Of a DNA stretch of 64,000 nt, positions 1 through 11,392 are shown piece by piece. Position 1 is the first letter of the stretch. Each line of letters opens with the position of its first letter. The stretch covers positions 4,216,001 through 4,280,000 of the forward strand of contig NW_027362008.1 in assembly GCF_039654945.1 (NCBI RefSeq). The letters run 5' to 3'. Made by a program: the position numbers and the translations under genes. The notes beneath the pieces were generated by a model that saw only the letters and a list, made by a program, of their open reading frames with translations, was not told the origin of the DNA and did no database searches. This stretch comes from Dendrobates tinctorius (Eukaryota).

Positions 1-999
1 TTTATAGAACAAGATCAAAAAGAAATGAAGAATACATAAGAATTGGCAAAATAGAAAGGGAGGTTACACAATCGTTGACATAAAAAGATAGGTTATACAA
101 TGAGTTGTCAACCACATCCTCGGACACAAGATAAAATTAAATGAAAAATGACAGGAATACAGGGGTGCTTTCCAAAAGTCAATGTGCTCTAAGTTAATAG
201 TCATGAGTTCATATTCAAAAGATATTTTTCTAAAAAGATGTTAGAACATTTCACCTCAAAAGGGAAGAGAATGCATGTCCTTCAGATTTTCTGGGAATTG
301 TAGGAACTGACCATTAGCCATAGGACTGTGACCACATAGACAGATGATAACTGGATGTCACGACTAGTGACGAGTTCGCTGCCGAGCCAACACCTCCACG
401 TCGACGACCACGACGATGTGGGGTGAGCGTCCCAAGTGGGGATGGAATGTGGACCCACTGGACCACAGGGGGGACCCAGGCCTACCCAGACTAGGGAAGA
501 GTAGCGACCGGGGTCTGTGGCAGCTGAGCATGTGGACGAGGAGGCAGAATGACATGACACCGCACACTTCAGGTATAGACATAAAGTTTACTTGAACAAG
601 ACATGGTACATAAACGAAACAGTTATGCAAGGCTCCCGGTTCCGCACATCAGGGAAGGGTACATGTCTCAGGATAACAGAAGAAAGGCAGGAAGTCATTA
701 CGGGTTGAGCAGTCCAGGGTTGTCTGGCATGGGTATACTAGGGCGGCCTCTTCCTCAGTCCTCAGGGGTAGCAAAGGGTCACCAGGAGAATATCAGACAC
801 CGACCACAAACAGACTTCAGAAAATGGCAGGCATTGTCTGACATTTCAATCACATCCATACACGCAGTACTTCTGTATTCTCCCGCTACCCGTATTTTAT
901 CAAAAAAGCTCTAATGCCAATGGACAAAAACATAAATCTTATCTATTTATAGAAACTCTTGGTTGGTTCACTATATCCTCTAATTAGTGTCCTATCTGA

Positions 1000-1215
1000 G
1001 TACCCGGTTGCATGCAAAAAAATTGAGCAATTATATTCACATATTGTCTTCACGTGATTTTCCCACTTCATTACAAACTCCCACCCGGTTCCTTCCATTA
1101 GGTTTTTCCAAGGAGCAACTAACCAGAGAGTTTTATCTTAATCGCTGCTTTGAGCAACAAAAAGGCTGTTTATACACTGAGCACACATCATTTAGTCTCC
1201 ATACATCAACAGAGC
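1000..1215 (-). mobile_element. Possible highly decayed L1-type ORF2 fragment, present in each unit
   Basis: The minus strand reads VWRLND, followed by a WE.H.K-like motif resembling the post-endonuclease region of L1 ORF2. Weak. Confidence 0.3.
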
Positions 1216-1449
1216 TGCTTTACAGTAGTACGAAATGAATATGTTGAAGTGTATTTTCCTGGGCCCAACCAGTATGTGGGTACCAAGGTGTAATGGGGTG
1301 CATAGGACTATGCAGCAGGGCAGACATTGCTGTCACTCTGTAAACAAAAGAGTAGGGGAGAACCGTATGAATATGGTGAAGTGTATTTTTTTCCTGGGCC
1401 CATCCAGTATGTGGGTTCCAAGTGTTTAATGGGGTGCATATGACTATGG

Positions 1450-1727
1450 TATGAATCTCGGAAAAAAATATTTAAAGCTGTGAACTAGGAGTCAGGAATG
1501 CTTCCAGGGGCGATCCCCATGAATTCCCCATTTCATTTGAGCAGTGTTTAAATCATTTTCAGATGTTTCTAGACCTTAAAATGACCCCCTTGGGGGATCA
1601 CAGCAAAAATGCTCGGGTTTCCCATAGACTTATATTGGGCTCGTTGTTCTGTCTGAGTACCCAAGTATTACAATTTGCTCGACCCGAACAACGAGTGCCC
1701 AAGCATTTTAGTGCTCGCTCATCACTA
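1450..1727. mobile_element. Right-end remnant of an older hAT-type MITE (equivalent ends at 24363, 40321 and 54114)
   Basis: Ends in GCTCGCTCATCACTA, the same terminal class as the U2 foldback element. The left terminus was not found, so the start is approximate. Confidence 0.55.
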
Positions 1728-2157
1728 ATCCCAGTACTTAAAAAGCGATACTCAATTCATGGAGAATAACTTCTCTGAAATTCAAATTAATTGGGAAAAT
1801 CCAAACGGTTAAGCGATTTTGAATTTTGCTGATCTGACCCATGTTATAAAACAATCTTATCATATATTGTGCACGATGAATGCCGCATGAAGGGAAAAGT
1901 GAAAAACTGCTAAACTTGCTATTCTTGTTCATCTTACCTCACTAAAAAATTGAATTAAAAAAATCATGTATCCCAACGCTGTACCAAAACAACTAGTTTT
2001 GTACCCAAAAACATGTCCTCATGCAGATCTGCATTCAGAAAAATAAAAAGCAATGACTCTCAATATGACAGCTATAAAAAACATATTGTGATTTTCTTGG
2101 GTATGAACATAATCATGTCAGCACACAGAATAAAGTGAACAAGTCAATTATACTGCT
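1728..2157. repeat. Left arm of a ~430-bp inverted duplication (right arm 8986-9412), present in every unit
   Basis: Reverse-complement match, e.g. gcgatactcaattcatggagaataacttctctg versus cagagaagttattctccatgaattgagtatcgc. U3 arms 40322-40751 and 47081-47509; U4 arms 54115-54544 and 61044-61472. Confidence 0.9.
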
Positions 2158-3310
2158 TAAGTTTGAAAATCCACCAGGCTTCCCTATTTTGTAATGTAAC
2201 CTCCGTATCACCCCCTCTGATGGGTGTGTGTATTTTTTCAATTGCATACACCAGAAGTGTTTTCAGGTCATCTTTATGACATTCAATAAAATGTTTTGAC
2301 ACCTGAGATGTGTTCCTTTCCATGTTAATATTCTCTGTGTCATAGATGTGTTCCCCAATTCTTTTCTTCAGCTTGCGTTTTGTGCTTCCAACATGTTTTA
2401 GATGGCAGAAGGTGCACTCCATAATATATACCAAGGTTTTAGTGCTACAATTGATAAAGGTTTTAGTAGCAAAATTCTTGCTTTCACTAGAATCTCCAAA
2501 GCTAGAGCTCTCTTTAGTGTATTTACAGGACTTAGCGCCACACTTATAAAAACCCTTGGTTTTCTGCCAATTTGTGGATTGAATTTGAGACATATTCAAA
2601 AAACTTGGCAAAAGGCTCTGACCTAAAGATGGTGCTCTCCTAGAGACTATTCTAAATCCTTTCCCTATAATACTATCTATATCTGGATCCTCTTTTAATA
2701 CAGATAAATTATTTTGAATAATTCGTTCAATAGAGGCAAACTGGTTACTACACTGCGAGACCAATGTTACAGGAGTGACTGAATGTTCATGTGTGTTACA
2801 CTGAGGTTTGAATCGCGGTTTTTGAGCCACAATGTTTTCAGCTTTGCTTAAACTCCATTGGGTATAACCCCTTTGGGTCAATCACTGCTTAATGTTAGAA
2901 ACTTCCTGTTGATAATCTGTATTTGTGCTACAATTGCATTTCGCTCTCGTCATCTCCCCAACAGGTATACTTTTAATTGTATGTTTAGGATGATGGCTTT
3001 TTCCATGGAGTATAGCATTGCCTGCTGTGTTCTTTCTAAATTTTTGTGTTACTACAGGTTTACCTGAAATTCCTTGTAAAATCAAATAAAAAAAATCAAT
3101 GCATGAAATTTTATGGCGGACCACAAATTTTAAATTCAAGGGATTGCAATTAATATAAAAATTAAAATCCTGTATGGCAGATACATCAGAATTCCAGATG
3201 ATAATGATATCATCTATGTATCTGCCGTCCCAATAGACACAATCTTTAAATGGATTATTTACAGTATAAATATACAGCTCTTCCCACCAGCTCATTACCA
3301 AGTGAAGTTG
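2158..3310 (-). mobile_element. Penelope-like retroelement ORF remnant (RT C-terminus plus GIY-YIG endonuclease), U1; partial duplicate at 6479 to ~6830
   Basis: RYIDDIIIIW, FRKNTAGNAILHGKSHHP, LVYIMEC..HVGSTKRKLKKRIGEH and REAWWIFKL. In-frame TGA at 2882-2884. Truncated after IFKLK. Confidence 0.9.
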
Positions 3311-3769
3311 TCAAGCGATCCACTATATGACCAAGATGAAAATCTTTCTTTGCAATTGCGGCTTGTTCCCAGTCAACTTACGTGCATCGTTATATTTTAC
3401 TTTTGGTTATGTGTGTTTTTCCATGCGTTATTCATCCTGTTTTGAATGTGAATGTTTTTTCTTTGTCATCTAGGAATATTTAACACCATCCACTATATGA
3501 TTAAGATATAAAGTATTTTTCGCAATTGCGGCTTGTTCCTCGCTAGTTTATGTGGATTGTTATGCAGGAGCATATTGCTATCTGTGTTTTTTTATGCGAT
3601 GTAGATCTGGTTTTGAATCAAATTGTTTTCATTTTTGCTTTCACCTAGGTACTTTTACCCTCCTCCGCTGAAATTGTGTTTTTAGATCTGTGTCTCTTAC
3701 TATTACTCTATGACACTCAGTGTATGATAGAGAGAAATGTATTTTTCTTCTTTCTATGATTGTTATTGA

Positions 3770-6478
3770 ATCATAGAATCATAGAATCATAGAATCATAG
3801 AATCGTAGAGTTGGAAGGGACCTCCTGGGCCATCTGGTCCAACCCCCTGCTCAAAGCAGGATTCGCTAAATCATCCCAGTCAGATGTCTGTCCAGCCTCT
3901 GTTTGAAGACTTCCATTGAAGGAGAACTCACCACTTCTCGTGGCAGCCTGTTCCACTCATTGATCACTCTAACTGTCAAAAAGTTTTTTCTAATATCTAA
4001 TCTGTGTCTCTTCCCATTCAGTTTCATCCCATTGCTTCTAGTCTTTCCTTGTGCAAATGAGAATAAAGTTGATCCTTCTACAATGTGACAGCCCTTTAGA
4101 TATTTGTAGACAGCTATTAAGTCTCCTCTCAGTCTTCTCTTTTGCAAACTAAACATTCCCAAATCCTGCAACCTTTCCTCATAAGACAGGGATTGCAGAC
4201 CGGTCACCATTCTGGTCGCTCTTTTCTGAACTTGCTCCAGTTTGTTGATGTCTTTTTTAAAATGTGGTGCCCAAAACTGGACACAATATTCCAGATGAGG
4301 TCTGACCAAAGAGGAGTAGAGGGAAATAATGACTTCACGTGATCTAGACTGTATGCTTCTGTTAATACATCCTAGAATTGCATTTGCCTTTTTTGCTGCT
4401 GCATCACACTGTTGACTCATTTTCAGTCTGTGATCTATTAGTATACCCAAGTCTTTTTCACATGTGCTGTCACTTAGCCCTATTCCTCCCATTCTATATA
4501 TGCTTTTTTCATTTTTATTGCCCAGATGTAGTACTTTGCATTTCTCCCTGTTAAAAACCATTCTGTTAGTTGCTGCCCACTTCTCCAGTTTATTTAAATC
4601 TTTTTGAATCCTCTCTCTCTCTTCTCTAGTATTAGCTATCCCTCCTAGCTTTGTGTCATCAGCAAATTTAATCAGTTTACCCTCAATTCCTTCATCTAAA
4701 TCGTTGATAAAGATGTTGAACAATACAGGGCCCAGGACAGAGCCCTGTGGTACCCCACATGAGACATTCTTCCAACTGGATGTGCAGCCATTTACGACCA
4801 CTCTTTGGGTCCGATCACTAAGCCAGTTATGAATCCACCTAACAGTTGCCTTGTCCATTCCATACTTAGTCATTTTTTCAATAAGGATTGTATGAGAGAC
4901 TTTGTCAAATGCTTTGCTGAAGTCAAGATATACTATATCTACAGCATTTCCTTGATCCACCCAATCAGTGATACCGTCATAGAAGGAAATTAAGTTAGTC
5001 TGACATGACTTATTAGTTAGAAACCCATGCTGACTCTGTTTAATCACTTCATTCTTATCCAGGTATTGACATACAAGTTGTTTAATAATTTGTTCAAAGA
5101 TCTTTCCTGGTATAGAAGTCAGACTCACCGGCCTATAGTTGCCTGGGTCCACCTTCTTCCCCTTTTTGAAGATAGGAACAACATTTGCTCTTCTCCAGTC
5201 TTCTGGCACTTCTCCTGTTCTCCAAGAATTTTCAAAGATTATGGAGAGGGGTTCAAAAATTTCTTCTGCTATCTCCTTCAGTACTCTGGGGTGTAATTCA
5301 TCTGGACCTGGAGACTTGAATTCATTTAGGTTAGCTAACTGTTTCCTCACTATCTTTCTGTTTATAGATATCCTGGATTCTTCTATTCCCTTAATAGGAC
5401 AGTGAATAACAGTTGATGTTGCATTTCCTTTCTGAGAGAAAGCAGATGCAAAATAGGAATTTAAAAGTTCAGCCTTCTCAACATCCTGTCTTACCATTTC
5501 ATCATTTTCATCCTGTAAAAATCCTATAGCATCTTTGACTTTTCTTTTACTTTTGACATATCCCCAAAATCCTTTATTATTGCTTTTGACATCTCTTGCA
5601 AGCCTCAATTCATTTTCAGCTTTAGCTAATCTGATTTGTGCCCTGCAGGTTCTGCAGACAGCATTATATTCTTCTTTAGATATGCCTCCCTCTTTCCATT
5701 TTATCAACATTTTTTTCTTCCTTTTAGCATGTGCTTAAGTTCTGTGTTCATCCATCCTGGTTTCCTTAAATGCTTCCTATTCTTCCCTCTTTTCGGAATT
5801 GTTAACAACTGTGCTTTGAGAATTTCATTTTTCAAGATTTCCCATCCCTCCTGGACATTTTTGTCTTTTAGGATATCCAGCCATTGGACCCCTCCAATTC
5901 TCTTTCTGAATCCCAGTCTCTGAAGCTTCAATCTCTGTGCAGATATATGTGTTTCTAACATACAATGCGACACCCCCTCCTCGTTTATCAAGTCTGTTTC
6001 TTGCAAATAAGTTGTATCCTTCTAGTCTTGTATTCCAATCATGTGTATTGTCCCACCAAGTTTCAGTGATTCCAATGACATCATATTTCTTTTCCTGTGT
6101 TAGTAGTTCCAATTCTCCTTGTTTGTTGCCCATGCTTTGTGCATTAGTATAGAAGCATTTTAGTTTGTGATTGGTTTCTCTTTCTCCAATATTTTTATTA
6201 ATTAGATTCTTTCGTCTTTGTTCTTCCTTTCCACTTCTAATAGCAGAGTTCTCAATAGCATTTGTCAGGTGTATGGCTTTTTCTGGTCTTTTGCTTCCCT
6301 TCCCATGTTGTTCTAGTTTAAAGCTCTCCTTACAAGTGTAGCAAGGCGACTTCCAAATACATGCTTTCCAGTCTTCGTAAGGTGCACCCCATCTCTAGCA
6401 AGTAGTCCATCGTATAAGTAGTTCACTCCGTGATCCAGAAATTCAAATCGTTGCTGACGGCACCATCGACGTAGCCAG
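3770..6478 (-). mobile_element. CR1 LINE family A: 5'-truncated, chimeric, with a 464-bp internal deletion and a frameshift
   Basis: RT motifs GVPQGSVLGP and FADD, endonuclease motif ITETW, (TAGAATCA)n tail at the left end, ORF1 C-terminus at 6313-6477. Confidence 0.97.
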
Positions 6479-7293
6479 TACTTTTAATTGTATGTTTAGG
6501 ATGATGGCTTTTTACATGGAGTATAGCATTGCCTGCTGTGTTCTTTCTAAATTTTTGTGTTACTACAGGTTTACCTGAAATTCCTTGTAAAATCAAATAA
6601 AAAAAATCAATGCATGAAATTTTATGGCGGACCACAAATTTTAAATTCAAGGGATTGCAATTAATATAAAAATTAAAATCCCGTATGGCAGATACATCAG
6701 AATTCCAGATGATAATGATATCATCTATGTATCTGCCGTCCCAATAGACACAATCTTTAAATGGATTATTTACAGTATAAATATACAGCTCTTCCCACCA
6801 GCTCATTACCAAGTGAAATTAGCAAGTGAAGTTGTCAAGCGATCCACTATATGACCAAGATGAAAATCTTTCTTTGCAATTGCGGCTTGTTCCCAGTCAA
6901 CTTACGTGCATCGTTATATTTTACTTTTGGTTATGTGTGTTTTTCCATGCGTTATTCATCCTGTTTTGAATGTGAATGTTTTTTCTTTGTCATCTAGGAA
7001 TATTTAACACCATCCACTATATGATTAAGATATAAAGTATTTTTCGCAATTGCGGCTTATTCCTCGCTAGTTTATGTGGATTGTTATGCAGGAGCATATT
7101 GCTATCTGTGTTTTTTTATGCGATGTAGATCCGGTTTTGAATCAAATTGTTTTCATTTTTGCTTTCACCTAGGTACTTTTACCCTCCTCCGCTGAAATTG
7201 TGTTTTTAGATCTGTGTCTCTTACTATTACTCTATGACACTCAGTGTATGATAGAGAGAAATGTATTTTTCTTCTTTCTATGATTGTTATTGA
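6479..7293 (+). repeat. Direct duplicate of 2968-3769 on the other side of the U1 CR1
   Basis: The same ~0.8-kb segment flanks both ends of the CR1. The left copy lacks 13 bp. Confidence 0.93.
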
Positions 7294-7324
7294 GAATAAT
7301 ATAATAGAAAAAATGTCTTTGTAA

Positions 7325-7704
7325 GGCTGTGTGCCCACATTGCGCTTTTTCAGAGTTTCCGTGGTGATTTTAAACAAGTGATTCTGCCGCTGAAATGCTT
7401 AAGAAAATCATTCCATGTTATCATAATTGATTCCGCACATGTTGTGCTAATGGTGCGTATTTTACCGCTGCGGAATTGCTTAGCGGTAAAAAACACAGCA
7501 TGTTCATTAATTTTGTGGAATCGCATGCGATTATGCATACATACACTTGTATTGCAAAAGCGCATAGGAAATCGCATGTTAAAACATATGACAAATGCAT
7601 CAAAATTGCTAAAATCTTCAAAACTGCATGCGTTTTTCCAGCTAAGGGTGTGCGTTTCTCCTCAGGAATATTCTACTTCAAAACTGCAATGTGGGCACAT
7701 AGCC
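7325..7704. mobile_element. PIF/Harbinger-like MITE of ~380 bp; also at 28129-28511, 45420-45799 and 59383-59762
   Basis: TIRs GGCTGTGTGCCCACATTGC and GCAATGTGGGCACATAGCC, flanked by TAA/TGA (TTA/TAA in U2), consistent with a degenerate TWA TSD. Confidence 0.75.
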
Positions 7705-8109
7705 TGAAAGCGGCTTTTCTATCCTCTAGTCTGAGTGGATGGCTGTAATTTTTCATTCTGACGTTTGATCCATCATATGATATTCACTCTGTTCCAGAGT
7801 GAAATTGTATTTTCCTCTTTGGTTGTTTTGTAAAAACTCAACATCAATTTTTACAATTATGGTTCTTTCATTTGCTCCCTTATATAAATGTATATTTCTC
7901 TACTTCTGTACTGTGGCTGCTAAGAAGAATTTACAATATACTGCGTTTGTTCTGCGCAATTGAAATATATTCTCGCCTTTATGCCATGTGGAATTCACAT
8001 TCTTGATTTTAGCCATGTATGTCTTCACTTGTAATTCATTTACGTTAATTAGATATGTTCATTGTCTTTCACTAGTGTTCAGCATATTAGTGCTTTCTTG
8101 AACAATGCC

Positions 8110-8157
8110 TGTTATCATGACTAAGGGTGCTGGGACACCTGAAACGCGTTGATAACA
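8110..8157 (+). ncRNA. Minimal type I hammerhead ribozyme motif (A3-U8 core variant), U1
   Basis: Stem I UGUUAUC/GAUAACA, core AUGACUA, stem II AG(G)GUG-cuggga-CACCU, GAAA, palindromic stem III AACGCGUU. AATAAA follows at 8208-8213. Confidence 0.75.
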
Positions 8158-11100
8158 CAATCTTTTGTACCATTCATGCTGATATTTTATCTATTCACAT
8201 CTGAGTGAATAAAGAATTTGTGTTTTCACTTCTGGATCATGGCTTTTTTGTTACATTAGCCATACCTTTCTTTTTTGGGCAATATAGATGTAAAAGTGTT
8301 TTTTAAGTATCAGTTATATTTGTCAATACACTTTTTAAGTGGAACTTATTAGCATGATTTTATAAGCACTTTTTTGCAAGAGAAATAAAGAAAACAGTAA
8401 TTTTAACATTTATTTGTAGTTTAAAGTTTGTGTTATCTGATTTGCTGAAAAAATAACGCAGTAACTGCATTCAGTAGGTCAGTACTAATATGGTGCTGGT
8501 AAATTTGTATAATCTTAATTGTTTTTTATGTTTTGTACAATATACACTTTAAAAAAAAACCATTTTTATACTGTTTTACAATTTTTTGTTAGTGGCGTGG
8601 TATGAAGATTTATTTTTGCCTGAAAATCTGTAGCTTTTGTTGTTAACAGTTTGTTGTACATGCAACTTTTTGATCACTTTTACATTATTTAGGAGGCAAA
8701 ATGAAAGAAAAACACGTAAATTCTGAATTTGTTTTAATATTTTTTTAAACCCCAGTCAATGTTGGGTATAACTGTCGTGGTATCTTTATTTGGTGGACGA
8801 TATCATCACCATATTCTCATAAACTTCACTTATTTATTTTTTGGTTTATTGTAGGTGACGCTGATTGAGGCTTTGTTTTTGGTTATATATGCCTTTCTAG
8901 TTATTATTTATCTCATTGTTTTGCTGGGAAGCAGAAACAAACAGCTATGAATTGGAAATAGTTGTTATTTTTATGGAGTTCGTCCAGCAGTATAATTGAC
9001 ATGATCACTTTATTCTGTGTGCTGATATGATTATGTTCATATCTAAGAAAATCACAATACATTTTTTATAGCTGTCACATTGTGAGTCAATGCTTTGTAT
9101 TTTTCTGACTGCAGATCTGTACGAGGACATGTTTTTGGGTAACAAACTAGTTATTTTTTTTATAGCATCTGGATACATGATTTTTTAATTCAGTTTTTTA
9201 GTGAGATAAGATGAACAAGAATAGCAAGTTTAGCAGTTTCTCACTTTTCCCCTCATACAGCATTGATCATGCACAATAAATAAGATTGTTTTATAACATG
9301 GGTCAGATCAGCAAAATTCAAAATCGCTTAACTGTTTGGATTTTCCCAATTAATTTGATTTTCAGAGAAGTTATTCTCCATGAATTGAGTATCGCTGATT
9401 ATGTACTGGAATCTCTCCATGCTGATATTTTATCATCTTTTCAAATCTGAGTGAACAAAGAATTTGTTTTTTCACTTCATCGTTAAGCTAGGTCATCTCT
9501 TTTTTGGATTTTTTTATGCCAAGACATGGCAGTTCTGTGCTCAGAGCTTCATGATCTATTAACGCTGTGAGATGGATTGTTTTATATGTCTAATGTAATG
9601 CAACAAGTATAAAAATGTTCTATAGTGAAGGTCAAAACTGGCTCCAGTATGTAACAATAAAAATGAAATAATGTAAAAACTTTTTTCACTATCTCATAAA
9701 GCTAAATTTATAAACCTTTCCAAAAATAAAATGAGATTGGCGTACAAAATCAGCTCATCAAATAAGGAAATTCTCCCATTACACTAAAAATAAATTTGCA
9801 GAAACTGGTACATGACCTGTACCCATAGCGGTGCCATTTACTTGGTGGAAGGGATGAAATTAAAAATAAAATCATTTGAGTCAACTAAACATCCAATAAT
9901 ATTTTAAAACAAACCTGTTTTGTGACTAAAAACAGATCTGCTCATCTCTCATCAGTACATGGGTGGTAGAGGTTAGCAGTGAAACAATAGAAATTTATTT
10001 AGATGCATTTACATTGTTACATGATATGAATACAGTTATCTTAGATCTCTTGTGACTACAGGTAAATGTTCTTTACCCAATTTAATAAAAAAATCTACTT
10101 ACATCCAAATCTTCATTTCACTTGACCAAATAGTGAGATGTTGATGTAATTATCCTTTACAGAAACCTCTTGATTATGTCTTCTGCTGACATACTCACAC
10201 TTTTTAAAGAAATGTTTTTATTCAATATTGGCACGTTCACCCGTCTTAATCTAAAGTCACTGGATGCTTCTATAATTAAATGTAAATAAAAAAAAAGAAG
10301 GGGTTTCCAGATATGAAGATGCTATGCTACTGTGAAGGTAACATGGCAAATGCATTTCCAGTAGATGTAAAAACAGTAAATTTCTGAAGATCATAAAAAA
10401 ATAAACATCAATCAGCTATAAAAAGCTAACACATGTATTACATTCTTCAATATGTTGTACACTTGGACGGGATGGCCATGGGGGTGGCATTCACACCAAA
10501 TAAGTATCAACACAATATCTCAGTGCAATTTTGCACATCTTTAATATTGTATAAAATATAGAAAGCCACTTCTACTAGATGTCTAATAGCATGTAAATGA
10601 AGACTGTTATAGCTCCCATTTACATGAATTACACACGTATATACAAGATGTATGAAGCATGGAACACCTTACTATATTAACCCCTTACCTACAATTGACG
10701 TAATATTCCGTCCATGTGACCATGGACCTAATTACCATGGATGGAATATTACGTCATCGCGATCAGCGGCGCCCACGTGGTGAGCGCCGCTGATCGCGGC
10801 CGAGTGTCAGCTAATTATCATAGCTGACACCTGGCACAATGTGTCAGGGGCGGTCACGGACCGCCCCCGAAACGTTAACCCCTTGCACACCGCGATCAAA
10901 CGCGATCGCGGTGTACCGGGGGTTAAAGGGAAGCATCGGCAGGGAGGGGGCTCCCTCCGTGCTTCCCTGAGCCCCCCACGGCAGCGCAATGTGCAGCGCT
11001 GCTGCGGGGGGCTCTTTCCCTACAGGCCCCCGGATCCAAGATGGCGACGGGGGCCTGCAGGGAGCTGACTTCCTCACTGCCTGCAAAGCGCAGGCATGAG

Positions 11101-11392
11101 GAAGTCTGCAGCAGTGCCTGTGACAGATCGCTGATCTGTCACAGTGATCTGTGATGTGACAGATCAGCGATCTGTCACAGGACAGTGATGTCCCACCTGG
11201 GACAAGGTAATAAAGTAAAAAAAAAAAAAAAAAAAGTGTTAAAAATAATTAAAAAAAAATCGCTAAATAAATCAGTAAAAAAAAAAAAAATATTCCCCAA
11301 TAAATCCATTTTTTCAAAATAAAAAAAACCAAAAACAATAAAAGTACACATATTTGGTATCGCCGCGTCCGTAATGACCTGCCCTATAAAAC

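Noticed and set aside
282-914. Short ORFs conserved at the start of each unit
   Set aside because: No recognisable domain, and the frames are disrupted differently in U2. Conservation reflects recent duplication.
3903-5923. Recurrent small + strand ORFs conserved in several units
   Set aside because: Antisense shadows of CR1 ORF2, conserved only because the LINE copies are near-identical.
1728-9412. A large DNA transposon with 430-bp TIRs capturing the Penelope element
   Set aside because: No TSD or recognisable transposon termini were found at the outer ends, and the left arm fuses directly to the truncated ORF. Treated as an inverted duplication.
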